This document shows, piece by piece, positions 42,618-53,984 of a DNA stretch of 64,000 nucleotides. A program made the translations under genes and the position numbers. Origin of the DNA: Salisapilia sapeloensis CBS 127946. Lineage: Eukaryota; Protista; Oomycota. The stretch is taken from the NCBI GenBank assembly GCA_023334545.1, contig JAADVB010000020.1:62460-126459 (forward strand), in the 5' to 3' direction. Within the stretch, counting starts at the first letter, position 1, and every line of letters starts with the position of its first letter. Below the pieces are notes generated by a model. That model saw only the letters and a list, made by a program, of their open reading frames with translations, made no database searches and was not told the origin of the DNA.

Positions 42618-43655
42618 TTATTCGTCGCCCCCGGCAAAGACGTCCGCGAACTGGTCTTCCGGCATCACCCGCTCCTCCTTTCGCTCTTCACGTTCCACTT
42701 CTGCGGACTTGCGAGCGACATATCGCTGACGCTTACCTAGTTTGGCATTCCGTCGAACTTCATTCGGCGATTCGTACTGCGGGTTCTGATACAACGTCTG
42801 TCCTCCAAAGCTACCGTCAAAGATCCGAATAGGCGACAGGACGAATCGTGGTCCGATTTCAATCAGCTGGACCGGGTCCTCTCCTTTATGCAGCGCCGCT
42901 TTCTCCACCTTCTTGGACTCGGCTGCGTCCGCCAATTGGTAGTTGCGGACCCAAATCTTGTTGTCAGCATAGTAGAAGCTCATGACACGGTCGATGAAAG
43001 GCTTGCTTTTCGGATGGCCTTTCGGTGTGCCCCAGACCTGGATGAAGAGCTGTTTGAGCAACTGGAGGTGAGGCTTGTTGTCGAAAGCGTTGTCGAATGT
43101 GAGAAGTGGACGAGAGCCATGCAATGCGTTACCAGTAAGCTTGAGCTCATCCATCGTGTGGACTAGATAGAAAGTGTTTAGTACTATTGCTTGTAGGAAA
43201 TTGGAATATAGATGGACATACCGTTTTGCACAAGGAATTTCACGGATGGACCTGTACCAACGCGACTGATCCACATGTATAAGTCCTGTCGACGACGAGC
43301 CTCGAGAAAGATGGCCGTGTTACAGCCCTTCACTTCTGCGATTTCATTCACGACATGCAGCGTATCCTTCGCATCCAACTATACGAAAACCATCAGCACA
43401 ATTGCAATTTACTTCGTTGAATAGATGCAATACCTTGACATCACGTTTGTGGTGCGGCAAAAGCTTTCGCAAGTCGTCCATCAAGTGACGATAGCGCGTC
43501 GTAATACCTCGAGACGAAAACACAAGCACACGCTGCTTGTTCACGTAGCCTTTCATCGGCTCAGCTCCATCAAAGGTGAGTGCCGACTCGGTCACCTTGG
43601 CCTTCTTCTCCTGCCCTTGCTCCTCTTGCTCCCGACGTCGCTTCACTACGGCCAT
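42618..43655 (-). CDS. BRX1: Ribosome biogenesis protein BRX1 (Brix domain); 3 exons
   Basis: NKQRVLVFSSRGITTRYRHLMDDL, GPSVKFLVQN, HTMDELKLTGNALHGSRPLLTFD and LIEIGPRFVL…IFDGSFGGQTLYQNP. Confidence 0.96.
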
Positions 43656-43814
43656 CTCGACTTAATGTGAGAATCGTTGGTTGGCTGGCGAGGCTATGCT
43701 GGTGTTCGTAACGGTTATTCTTAACATTTTCAAACGGCCAACTGGTCATCGTCAGCCACGTCGTATGTTACATCAGACGCTGGCTAGTGCACCGAGTAAG
43801 ACAAACGAACGAGA

Positions 43815-45563
43815 ATGTGGACGCCAGAGGTACTGAAGAAGAGGAGTGCATCGAATACGGACTCGCCTCGTAAGAAAATGGATGTGAAAGGATGGTGGAA
43901 ACGATCCATGTCTGTTCAGTCGGCGCCGATGAGCCCACCTGCATCAACCACACCGCAGCCTAAAGCCAAAACTTATAGAAACACAGCAGACGGTCGTGGA
44001 TGCTTGCCAGACTACTCACATGTGAGTGTGGAAGATGACAAGTCCCTCGAATATGCGTGGAAGCACGTACAATTGCTCGCCACGGAGGAGCGAGTGTTCT
44101 CCGCTGCGATCCTTTTGGACCGTATCGAAAGCTATGTCGAGCAGACACAGTCTACGACCGCTCAAGACACGGTATCGATACGCACTGTCGAGGCAGAAAT
44201 GAGCCAAAAGGAAGAAACGCTAATAAATATAAAGAAAAGAAGAGATGCTGGTGTGGTCGCTATGGAGGATTTTAATGGTGACGACACCGAAGCTGGTTGG
44301 CAACTTGGACAAACCTACGCTGGCGTATCCACCTACTGGAAACCTGGTGACAGTGGTACAGTATGGCTAAAGCTTGACGGGATGGTGGAAGGAGTAGATA
44401 TCTTCAATACCCTCGCTGTTGTCCGAGAAACTGATCTCTTTCATCTCTGGGTACCTCTGTGCAGTACCGCACAGCTGCTTCAACTGCGTAGCTACGTCGA
44501 AGTTATCACATACATCGGTCTGTCCCTACCGATGATGCCTCGAGACGCACTGATCCATGCGTACGGTATTAACGCATGCTTTGAATGTGGATGCATCCTG
44601 CTACTAGGTGGATCAGTTGATGACTCCAAACTAGATGATCATATCAAGGTACCAAAGATGAAAGGCTGGGGTGGAGACCGTGCTGAGATTCGTGGCTTCC
44701 GAGCACTCATTGAGCCAATGACACGCACGTCGTCTCGAACATGCATCGTGACGAACTTGGATTTGAAATGTGCTATCCCCAAGTCGATGATTAACTATGG
44801 TATCAAGAAAGTCGCTGGCATCCTGTTGTATCTACTACGCCGAGAAGCCGAGAAGATTGAAAAGGCGCAGCAGGATCAATCGCGTAACGAGCATTTACGG
44901 CGTATTGAATCCGATCCGAGCGGATTCTACTCGTGGATCCGACCATTGCTCGATGTGTGGTTCGTAGCAAAGAACAATGGGATGTCACCTCCTCAGCTAT
45001 CGATCGATACGCTACGAGGTAACAGTTCTTCCTACATCCAGTCTAGTGATGAACGAGATTCGATCTCTCTTCGTGAAGCAAAGATCAAGACAGAGGAGGA
45101 AGAGATCCAGCAACTTGGATTGTTGTATCGATGGACACAGAGGCTCCAGTCGACGATACTCTGGCCATACCTCTTGCTACTCGTGTTCATTGGTGTAGAT
45201 GAACATACCTGGGTCTGGGATATATGTATTCGTAAACTATTTTTCACATGCGCATGCACGTGGCTAGCAGTCCCTCCCGTCCTCGCTCATGATCAACATC
45301 ATACGTACGCTGACTTTGTCTCCATCCGAAGAAAAGCTCTCGTCTTCGCTGCTGTATGGGACATTCTAACGTCTTGGTTTGCTCGAATGTGGGCGCACTA
45401 CCTCGTCTGCTTTGCTCGGAATTTTTTCCAAGGAGTAACTACTTGTTGGCAACGAACGAATGCCGAAGTCACCGATACCGAACAGTTCACTCTCCTCACA
45501 GGAGCTGTCCTATATGCCAGTGTCGTCGTCGCTGTGCTCATCGCCACAAAGCCTCGCAAGTAG
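43815..45563 (+). CDS. START/SRPBCC-like lipid-binding domain protein with C-terminal transmembrane helices
   Basis: WQLGQTYAGVSTYW…ETDLFHLWVPLC…PRDALIHAYG…TNLDLKCAIPKSMINY is a START-like fold. About 4 hydrophobic segments follow at the C-terminus. Confidence 0.7.
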   Translation: MWTPEVLKKRSASNTDSPRKKMDVKGWWKRSMSVQSAPMSPPASTTPQPKAKTYRNTADGRGCLPDYSHVSVEDDKSLEYAWKHVQLLATEERVFSAAILLDRIESYVEQTQSTTAQDTVSIRTVEAEMSQKEETLINIKKRRDAGVVAMEDFNGDDTEAGWQLGQTYAGVSTYWKPGDSGTVWLKLDGMVEGVDIFNTLAVVRETDLFHLWVPLCSTAQLLQLRSYVEVITYIGLSLPMMPRDALIHAYGINACFECGCILLLGGSVDDSKLDDHIKVPKMKGWGGDRAEIRGFRALIEPMTRTSSRTCIVTNLDLKCAIPKSMINYGIKKVAGILLYLLRREAEKIEKAQQDQSRNEHLRRIESDPSGFYSWIRPLLDVWFVAKNNGMSPPQLSIDTLRGNSSSYIQSSDERDSISLREAKIKTEEEEIQQLGLLYRWTQRLQSTILWPYLLLLVFIGVDEHTWVWDICIRKLFFTCACTWLAVPPVLAHDQHHTYADFVSIRRKALVFAAVWDILTSWFARMWAHYLVCFARNFFQGVTTCWQRTNAEVTDTEQFTLLTGAVLYASVVVAVLIATKPRK

Positions 45564-45667
45564 AGCTACTCGATCCTTTCTAGATAAACTATAGGAAGAC
45601 TATAGTTTGCAGAAAGATGTAAATTACATTAACACGTACCCATTTGACACTCTCGTCGAGTCCAAGC

Positions 45668-48061
45668 ATGGCGCCACGGACGACAGATCTGCAGCAAGTC
45701 ATTTTGAAGAAAGATGAGATGATTATGCAGCTTCAGACGCAATTATCTGCATATGAACGACGATATGGACCTCTCCCGGACGGATGGGACGCACCATCGC
45801 CCACTAAAGACAGGAAAAAGCCGTCTGATCCGGATAAAACCAAGACAAAGTGGGGGAAGATGGGTAGACGGTCTTCTAAATCCTCTCGTGAAGCTAGTAA
45901 AGACAAAGAGGAAGGTTCTAGGTCTTTACCACGGCAGAATGCGTTCACACCAGCACCGGAGCGACCTTCTAGTGGTTCTATAACGAGCAATCGGGAAACT
46001 CGTGCTAGTAGCAGTGACAAGAAAGAGGAGATGACTTCTCCTACGAATGTCGTTTATGGGAAGACCGTCGTACTAGACTTTACCGAGGACTCTCCTATGT
46101 TTAGACAACAGATTGATGCGTTCGAAGAATCGATCGGAGGTCTTCGTACGATGCTCAAGGAGCTTTTAGGTCGTACGAAAGAATACGTCACTGCCGGATC
46201 GAAATACGCAGAGGAAGAGGCATCCTTTGCGAATGAGCTTACCGATCACAAGTACGCTCGTGCGCTTTTCACCACCACTTGTCCTGAACTCGATAGCCTT
46301 GCATCTTTATTCAAACATACGCATGACTTGTTAAAGCAGTTGGAAGGTTCACGAGAGAGTTTATTCCTCAGTATGGACAGCTCGATCCAGCATTCCATTG
46401 GAAAGCTTTCGGAAGACGACATTCGAGACATTAGCGACTTTCGCAGTCGAGTATCCAAGCTCTCGGACGACTATGAAGCTGGATTAGGCAAGTTGCTAGG
46501 TAAAGTCCGTACAACAAGTGGCAGTGGAGGGAACGGCCTGTCAAATACTACACCTCAGGATCAACAGAAGAGAGGTCCGATGTCCGACACGTTCTCTCCG
46601 TCGAATGGGAGTCCAGCGCATCACTCGTCAGACGACATCACGTCTATCGCAACGTCATCATCTACGAAAGCGTTAGAAAAGGAAGTTTTGCAACTACGAA
46701 GACGCTTTGAAATGGCTCGATTCGACCTCGTTCGATACTTAAATCGAGTCGAATGTCAGAAGAAACTGAAACTAGTGGAAGGCATCGACTCTGTTCTACA
46801 TGCCTACTTGACACACTTCCACGTATGTTACGATCTACTGAAAAAGGCAGAACCAGCATTGAATGAACGACAGCAGATACTTCAAAAGTGTCGACAAGAC
46901 TTTGAATTAGATGAAAAGATGTGGGAGCAGCAAAGAGCGCTTTTAGATGATAAATTACAGAGAGATGTAGATACAAGCACTAGTGCAAGCACACTGCCCG
47001 AGACTTTCCGTCTACCGATTCATATCGTCGCACATGATTCGCGACAGTCTCATCATAATGCATCAGGAAGTGTGTCCAAGCAAGGCTACTTGTTCGTTCG
47101 TAATACCATGTTTCCAGCACGAAGTTGGAAGCGTCGGTGGTGTCAGATCCATGCTGGAAAGTTGTATCAGAACCGTGGAAAGCATTTAGAGCTGACGCTC
47201 ATGTGTGACCTCATGCTATCTCGAGTACGTGAAACGTCCTCTTCCAACCTACCTTTTTGCTTCGAGGTCATTGATCCGAATAAATCCAAATACTTGCTTC
47301 AAGCCACAAGTGATAGGGACAGAGCTGAATGGATTGATGCTGCTCGTCGCAGCACGGAGAGCATGCTCGAGCAGCAGTCTCTTCGGAAGATGGTACACCC
47401 CGACCAGCGTCAGGTGGTACAGGAGCTATTAGATGCAAATCCTGAATGTGCAGATTGTGGTAACACACCTGCTGAGTGGGTTTCCACCAACATCGGATGT
47501 CTTCTTTGTATCGAATGCTCTGGTATTCATCGCAGTCTTGGTGTCCAAGTGTCGAAAGTGAGGTCATTGACACTCGATTCGTGGGACATGTCACTCCTTG
47601 TACTCTTAAAAGACCATCTTGGCAACAAGGTTGTGAATGAAGTGTGGGAGCAGACGGTACCAAAGGATGCTGTGAAACCAACTCCAGAGTCTTCTAGACA
47701 AGAGAAGACCAAATGGATTACAGACAAGTATCACATTCAAGGGTTCTCGACGGAGTCTCAGTCGACGCAATCGGATGCCACGTCTGAATTGCTACAAGCC
47801 GTGGAAGAGGGAAGTGTAAAGCAGATTATGTGGGCAGTCGCGCATGGTGTTGATGTGAATGCACGCAATGACCGGTTGGAAACAGCGCTGCATATTGCTG
47901 CTCGACACGGAAAGAATGCCTGTTGCGAATATCTTCTAGCGAATGGTGCAGATTCACATGCTGCTGATATCCGTGGGAAGTTTCCATCGAATGCAGCGAA
48001 AGAAGGTGGATTTGATGACTTGAGTCTTCTGCTACGACAACATGGCGAGCAACAGACATAA
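45668..48061 (+). CDS. ACAP/centaurin-beta-type ArfGAP (BAR-PH-ArfGAP-ankyrin)
   Basis: BAR DSPMFRQQI…; PH KQGYLFVR…WKRRW; ArfGAP CADCGNTPAEWVSTNIGCLLCIECSGIHRSLGVQVSKVRSLTLD; ankyrin TALHIAARHG. Confidence 0.93.
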   Translation: MAPRTTDLQQVILKKDEMIMQLQTQLSAYERRYGPLPDGWDAPSPTKDRKKPSDPDKTKTKWGKMGRRSSKSSREASKDKEEGSRSLPRQNAFTPAPERPSSGSITSNRETRASSSDKKEEMTSPTNVVYGKTVVLDFTEDSPMFRQQIDAFEESIGGLRTMLKELLGRTKEYVTAGSKYAEEEASFANELTDHKYARALFTTTCPELDSLASLFKHTHDLLKQLEGSRESLFLSMDSSIQHSIGKLSEDDIRDISDFRSRVSKLSDDYEAGLGKLLGKVRTTSGSGGNGLSNTTPQDQQKRGPMSDTFSPSNGSPAHHSSDDITSIATSSSTKALEKEVLQLRRRFEMARFDLVRYLNRVECQKKLKLVEGIDSVLHAYLTHFHVCYDLLKKAEPALNERQQILQKCRQDFELDEKMWEQQRALLDDKLQRDVDTSTSASTLPETFRLPIHIVAHDSRQSHHNASGSVSKQGYLFVRNTMFPARSWKRRWCQIHAGKLYQNRGKHLELTLMCDLMLSRVRETSSSNLPFCFEVIDPNKSKYLLQATSDRDRAEWIDAARRSTESMLEQQSLRKMVHPDQRQVVQELLDANPECADCGNTPAEWVSTNIGCLLCIECSGIHRSLGVQVSKVRSLTLDSWDMSLLVLLKDHLGNKVVNEVWEQTVPKDAVKPTPESSRQEKTKWITDKYHIQGFSTESQSTQSDATSELLQAVEEGSVKQIMWAVAHGVDVNARNDRLETALHIAARHGKNACCEYLLANGADSHAADIRGKFPSNAAKEGGFDDLSLLLRQHGEQQT

Positions 48062-48138
48062 ACAATTGAATGCAAATTTCATGCAAGTACTGATTCAAGG
48101 AGTTAATATAGTTTATCGCTAGTGACACAAAGATTAGA

Positions 48139-51100
48139 TTAGCCCGATGGAAGGACTTTGCTGTTTGTAGCTTTTCCGGCACGAGGTGTTGAAACCTGCT
48201 GTGGTGTCGGTGGCATCTCGGCGGAAGAAATGGGTTGTCGTGATCGTGGGGTTTCATCCCGATTTGAAGGTAATGCCTCATCATCGACATTTGGCACAAT
48301 ACAAACATCCTTCGTGTTGTCTTCATGAAAACTGACGACACTACTCCCTCGCTCTCTGGAAGCGAGTGGAGGCAAAGTTAAAGGTACTTCTAGTAAAAAG
48401 CTTTTCATTGGTGCTTTCTCAGGCGCTTGAGAGCTTTGAGCCGCTTTTTCATTCGAAGTATCGATGCCTATATCGGGTCGAGCAGGCATGACACGAAAGA
48501 CATCATCATCATTTCTAACCGCGTAGACTTCATCCTCCTCTAAGTTCTCCAAGTCACTGGTTTTACCTCGCTCTACGGTATTGTCATCCGTCTCCTCGAG
48601 TATCTTGGCATCACTATCATTAAGATCTGTACTCGAGAAAACACCATCCGCTTCAGCCTTTTGCTTCTTTGCTTTCTCTCGTACATTAATCATAAATTCA
48701 ACAAACTCCACGACATCAATCTGCCCACTGCCATCCTCATCCACAACGTCCATCATCTCTCGAAGCTCTGCATGCGTAGGGTGCTTTCCAATTGCAGCCA
48801 AACCAATACGAAGCTCTGCTTCCTCGACCGATCCACTGTTATCCAGATCAAGTAATCGAAAGACCTTCATAAAGGATGCAACGACCTCTGGATCGATATT
48901 CTTACGCTCACGAAGGTCTTCCACACGTTGTATCAACCGTTTCTCGGCTTCCATCTCTTGCGTTGCTTCCTCCATACTTGTGGTGACCACACCAATGAAG
49001 AGCGTGATGAGTACCATACCACCTAAGACGATGAAGGCAAGAAAGTAGACGATCGCCAGCCAGGTGCCTCCGTCTTTTCCGCAATCGTAACCAAGATCCC
49101 GGTACTTTTGATACCCGACGTAATTTTCGCATCCGTAGAAGTTGATATAAAGCGTATCTGTCCAGCTATCCATTGTCGAGAGTTGGAACAGTGTGATCAT
49201 AGCATAGTGTAGATATTTAAAGTGGAAAGGATCATTGTCGGCGAAAAGCATATTGCCAATGATGCCAAACACGTAGAAACACAGCAAGAGAATGAGTCCA
49301 ATGTAACCAATAGAGCTGACACCTTTCATCAGAGCTGAGACAATCACCTGGAGTTGTGGAAATGCTCTCACAAGCTTCAAGACTCGAAGTAGTCGAAGCA
49401 GTCGAAGCATCGTGAGCATACCTCCAGATCCTTTTGTAAAACTACCAATGACGATGATAAAGTCGAATGTGTTCCATCCTGAGCGAAAGAATGTCCATGG
49501 GGCGACACCTTCGGCAACAAGCTTTAGCACTACTTCAGTTGTGAACACGACCAAAATCGCTGTGTCAATCACATTCAATACGACTGCCACAGCCTCACTA
49601 GTGGTTTCAATTGTCTGCAGTCCGACCATAATACCTGCGAGGACAATGACGCCAGTGATAAACATAGAAAAATGTGGATTCTCTACTAGCTTTCCAGCAG
49701 CATTCGACACTAACAAGTACCGGCCTCTTAAGGACGAGTGATCTCCCTTCTCCTGTATCAATAAGTCATTCAAGTCGTAGTCTCCCCACGTTTGTCTCAA
49801 CACTTCCTGCATCTTCATCTGATCTCTCTTCTCCGCAGCCGACATATTCTTTGGCTTTAGTTCCTGTTCTTCTTTCTTCATAGTATGACCACCTGACCGC
49901 TTTGCTGCGGCTGCCTCTTTCTTCTGGGCTTCAATTGCTCGTCGTTTGACCTTATCGAGACGTGCTTTTCGTTCCACTTCTTCCTGATTCACCTTCATTT
50001 GTTCCATGCTTTGAGTCATACTCATCGTGATAGCACCAATGAAGAGAGAGAGCATGACGAAGGCCGAGATGAGTACAAAGGTAATGAAAAAGAGCACAGC
50101 AAGGACACTGTTCATGACGCGTTGAGTTTCGATACTGGAGATAGGGGTATCAGCACCGTAGACGGCAGTGACGTTGCAATATTGATTGTAAATGGCATCG
50201 TCCGGGTTGCTCGTGTAGAAACCACCGTTAAAGCGGTCACATCCAAAGTAGTTGATATTCATGATCTACACATCCATTAATTTACATGAGTATCCGTACG
50301 ACAAGTATAGCACATGGATAGGAAGACGTACGTTGGACCAGTTCTCAAGTGTAGACATGCGAAAGAGTGTGATCATAGCGATGGGGACGTTTCGAAAATG
50401 GAACGGATCATTGTCCTGCCACGCATACATGCCAGAGACTGCATATAAATAAAAAACGAGGAAGAGGAGCAAAAGGATGTATCCGATGGACTTGACGCCT
50501 CCAATGAGACCCATAATGATCATGTAGAGCTGCGGCACTCGTTTGACCAATTTCATTATTCGCAGTAATCGAAAGAGCCGAAGGATGGCAATGTTTCCAC
50601 CGCCAAGGGCGGATCCCCACATCGGTAGGCTCATGATAATGATGGCAAAGTCAAAATTGTTCCAGTGCATCTCTGGACCGATGAAATATCGGAACGGAAC
50701 CAGACCTTCTGCAAGGATTTTTAAGAGGCATTCAAGGATGAAGACTGTCAGCACGATATAATCCAAGACATTGAGCACGACATTGTCAGAAAGCTCTGGA
50801 TACGTTTGTAGACCAACGGAGATACTGGCCCAACAAATACTAAGCATGACGCTTGAGTTAAACCATTGAGCATTAAGTGCATTGATGGCGAGATTGCAGA
50901 GCTGAATATACCGCCGTGCAGTTCCTTGTAGCCCTTTCGTACTGAATTTATAGATCCGGTCACTATCCTCATCCTCATCGCCTTCGCCAACGTTGCCAAT
51001 TTCCTTCGGAACTTGCATCTGCGCTACCGACATCGACATTCTCGCACCAATGCCGCGCATTTGACTACTTAATTGCGATACCGAAGATTGCTTGGACAAG

Positions 51101-51213
51101 GTAGAAGCTACCGGCATGCTCGGAGCACTTACCCCATGCCCCTCATGGGCAGTAACTTGGGCATCATGGAGCCTCCGCTGCACGGCTCCTCGAGCAGCGA
51201 TCATCCCAGCCAT
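48139..51213 (-). CDS. Two-repeat (2x6TM) voltage-gated cation channel with a C-terminal EF-hand pair; 2 exons, intron 50266-50331
   Basis: Repeat I: S4 ILRLFRLLRIMKLVKR, pore RMSTLENWSN. Repeat II: S4 MLRLLRLLRVLKLVR, pore QLSTMDSWTD. EF-hands DLDNSGSVEEAEL and DEDGSGQIDVVEF. The phase-0 intron joins WSN|IMNINY. Confidence 0.9.
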
Positions 51214-51470
51214 GTTGCAAAATCAAGTAGCAATAGGAGCGGCGAAACAATTAGGAGACGAGAGAACTAGGGCAGCACACCAAGCTGATAGTTACAGATG
51301 AAAATATTCGTCCTCACCTATAAATAACTTGGATAAGGCTTCTACCTGTCTAGCTACGTGCTGTGCTTCCTCTACGTGCAGACCTGACGTACTTTCAATC
51401 GGTCAGCATGCTCATCAGATCGAAGAATTGACCGGCTGCACAGTTTCTTGGCCATTACCAAATATCGAAG

Positions 51471-53756
51471 ATGGTCCGACATGGTTCGTCGAAGCGAGAG
51501 CGGTCTCGCATAGAGCGCGTCTTTCGCGCGCTGTCACAGCCTTCGGACACCGTCTTCTCTGACCGTGCAAATTCTTCCCCCATGTCGACGCGAACGAGCC
51601 TCGACTACGATGGTACTAACAGCCGGCAGACACAATCACCGTCGCTCGAACGAGTCGACTGGCATGATACGCAAAGGGGAAATGGCGGAGAAGCGGAGGA
51701 ACATATCTCCTTGGAGCGAATGCGTTCACAGAGGTCTGTTCGTTTCCTAAGACCAGGCAGGAATACCGTCCAACAGCTTCTGAATCAGAGGTCCAGTAGT
51801 GACGATGAGGAGGATGGACATGAAAGCAGTTCACCGTCAGGAAGGACGATGGAGTCGATTAGTGCGACACTGATGAAACCAGACAAGGAAATCTTCTCGC
51901 TCTGGACGGCATACTTTCTAGATAACCATCTCGAAGGCCAGTATCAGGACTACACGACAGTCCACTGGTTCCCTCGCGCTCGGTGGTACGTTCTATTACT
52001 CGTCACGCTGCATTTTTGTGCTTGCGTCTTGCTCTATGCACTACCAACAGCTCGGTACGCTGGACTTGTGCTCATCATTCTGTCTCATGACTCCGTCTGG
52101 ACATGGTGCATGGGCATCTACATGCTCTTTGCATTACCATTTTCATTACTTCCACGAGCTTTAAACCCATTCCAGTACCGCTGGAGGTCGTGGATCTGCG
52201 TCATGCTCATTCTTTTCGTCACCTTCTTCCAGATTTGGCTCGCGGATGCCAACAAACGAGCATTCGACGTGTATAAAGCTGTCGTAAATCTCATGCTCAC
52301 ATGCAAAGTAGAGGACTGGGCATCTCTCGTGAATGGGGATATGACAGGTTTAGGCAATGTGCCTGCGAATATGTCCATTGATATCTCTGGTAGCTTATTG
52401 ACAGATCTCATCGACGCAGAAGCAAAGCTAGAACAATTATCCGCGACGCGAGCGGTCCAATTTTTCTCAGATGCATTAGTCAAACTCCTAGCTACCTACA
52501 CGTCTCTCTTCTCTCTCGTCTTTGCAGCGTCCATCCGACTCGAGTTCGTCCAAATGACGTTGCTAGGTGTCACATCTCTCACTGCTTACATCGTTATAAT
52601 GTTCGCATATTCTTTCGAAGTAGAGTACATGTCGACCACAGCGTTCGTCTTTGGTGTCGTCGCGTCCTGCACTTGGAGTCATGCTTCTGGACGTATCAAT
52701 CGTCGTTCCTATCTCTCCCATTTTGTTGTCGAAAGAGAGAACCTCATGCTACAGTCTATCCTTAGTCAAGCAGAAGCTGAGCTACGGAACGGAGACGCAT
52801 GTGAAGAAGAACGACAGGTAGTACAGCACGTTTTGAATACGAGCGACATGCAGCACTTGGCGCTTGTCCACATCGCTTTCTCCGATCTGACGTTCCTCCA
52901 AGCTGTTGGAAAAGGGTCCGTGGGAGACGTGATTAAAGCCAAGTACTTTGGCACAGTCGTCGTCTGCAAACGAATGCGTCGGGAGATGATTACACCAGAC
53001 GCATTAGCATCCTTCCGTGACGAAATTGAACTCATGGCTTGTCTCCGTCATCCGAATATCGTCCAGTTCATCGGTGCGAGCTGGGATAACTGTTCTAATC
53101 TTTGTATCGTGATGGAGTACTTGGAGAATGGAGACATGCACTCGGTACTTCACTCTAGCATCGGTGGTGGATTCACCTGGTCCGACCCGTTGCTAAAAAT
53201 GGCCATCGATGTCGTTCAAGGCATGCTGTACTTACACTCGCAAGAAGCTTCGATCGTCCATCGGGACTTGAAATCTGTCAATGTCCTTTGCTCTGCTACC
53301 TACGGTTGTAAAGTGGGTGACTTTGGTCTCAGTCGGCGATACAGAAAGGATGTCGATGCTCTGAAGACACAAGTCGGAACGCCGTTTTGGCTCGCACCGG
53401 AGATTATTCGGAACGAAAACTACGGTTGTTCAGCAGACGTCTACTCGTTCGGGATCGTCCTGACCGAGTTGGAAACGAGGCAAACGCCGTATCATGATGT
53501 CGATGACTCGAGGATGCGAGTGTTGTCAAGAGTCTCGAATGACCAACTACGACCTTCGTTGCCGCCAAACACTCCACACGAGCGTCGACAACTAATTAAA
53601 GACTGCCTGAAGAATAATCCAGCGGACCGTCCAACCTTTTCACAAGTGCTAGCAAGGCTACAAGGTCCGATTTATCGTGAAATCGAAATCCACACAGAAC
53701 AGGATATGCTCGACCCTCGATTACATCTGCGATCTTCCCAAGCTCCTGGCAGGTAG
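51471..53756 (+). CDS. Tyrosine-kinase-like (TKL) protein kinase with an N-terminal ~6TM membrane domain
   Basis: Kinase motifs are intact: GKGSVG, VVCK, HRDLKSVNVL, DFG and GTPFWLAPE. About six hydrophobic helices precede a coiled-coil linker. Confidence 0.92.
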   Translation: MVRHGSSKRERSRIERVFRALSQPSDTVFSDRANSSPMSTRTSLDYDGTNSRQTQSPSLERVDWHDTQRGNGGEAEEHISLERMRSQRSVRFLRPGRNTVQQLLNQRSSSDDEEDGHESSSPSGRTMESISATLMKPDKEIFSLWTAYFLDNHLEGQYQDYTTVHWFPRARWYVLLLVTLHFCACVLLYALPTARYAGLVLIILSHDSVWTWCMGIYMLFALPFSLLPRALNPFQYRWRSWICVMLILFVTFFQIWLADANKRAFDVYKAVVNLMLTCKVEDWASLVNGDMTGLGNVPANMSIDISGSLLTDLIDAEAKLEQLSATRAVQFFSDALVKLLATYTSLFSLVFAASIRLEFVQMTLLGVTSLTAYIVIMFAYSFEVEYMSTTAFVFGVVASCTWSHASGRINRRSYLSHFVVERENLMLQSILSQAEAELRNGDACEEERQVVQHVLNTSDMQHLALVHIAFSDLTFLQAVGKGSVGDVIKAKYFGTVVVCKRMRREMITPDALASFRDEIELMACLRHPNIVQFIGASWDNCSNLCIVMEYLENGDMHSVLHSSIGGGFTWSDPLLKMAIDVVQGMLYLHSQEASIVHRDLKSVNVLCSATYGCKVGDFGLSRRYRKDVDALKTQVGTPFWLAPEIIRNENYGCSADVYSFGIVLTELETRQTPYHDVDDSRMRVLSRVSNDQLRPSLPPNTPHERRQLIKDCLKNNPADRPTFSQVLARLQGPIYREIEIHTEQDMLDPRLHLRSSQAPGR

Positions 53757-53984
53757 ATCATCTAGTAAGATTTCTATTCGATATAAAGATAAAAGTGAAG
53801 TTGTCGTACCACTTCAAGCTGTCCATACCGCATATTGGCTTGTTTGATTGATTTGTATCATCAACACGCAGTTTTTAGTGCATGTAAACTTTTAAGCCAA
53901 TCCGATCGCTCGAAAGAGGGTCGAAATATTCGATTTTCATTTGAAAGGTCTAGAATTCAAATCGCAATAAATCCAATCGCAAGT

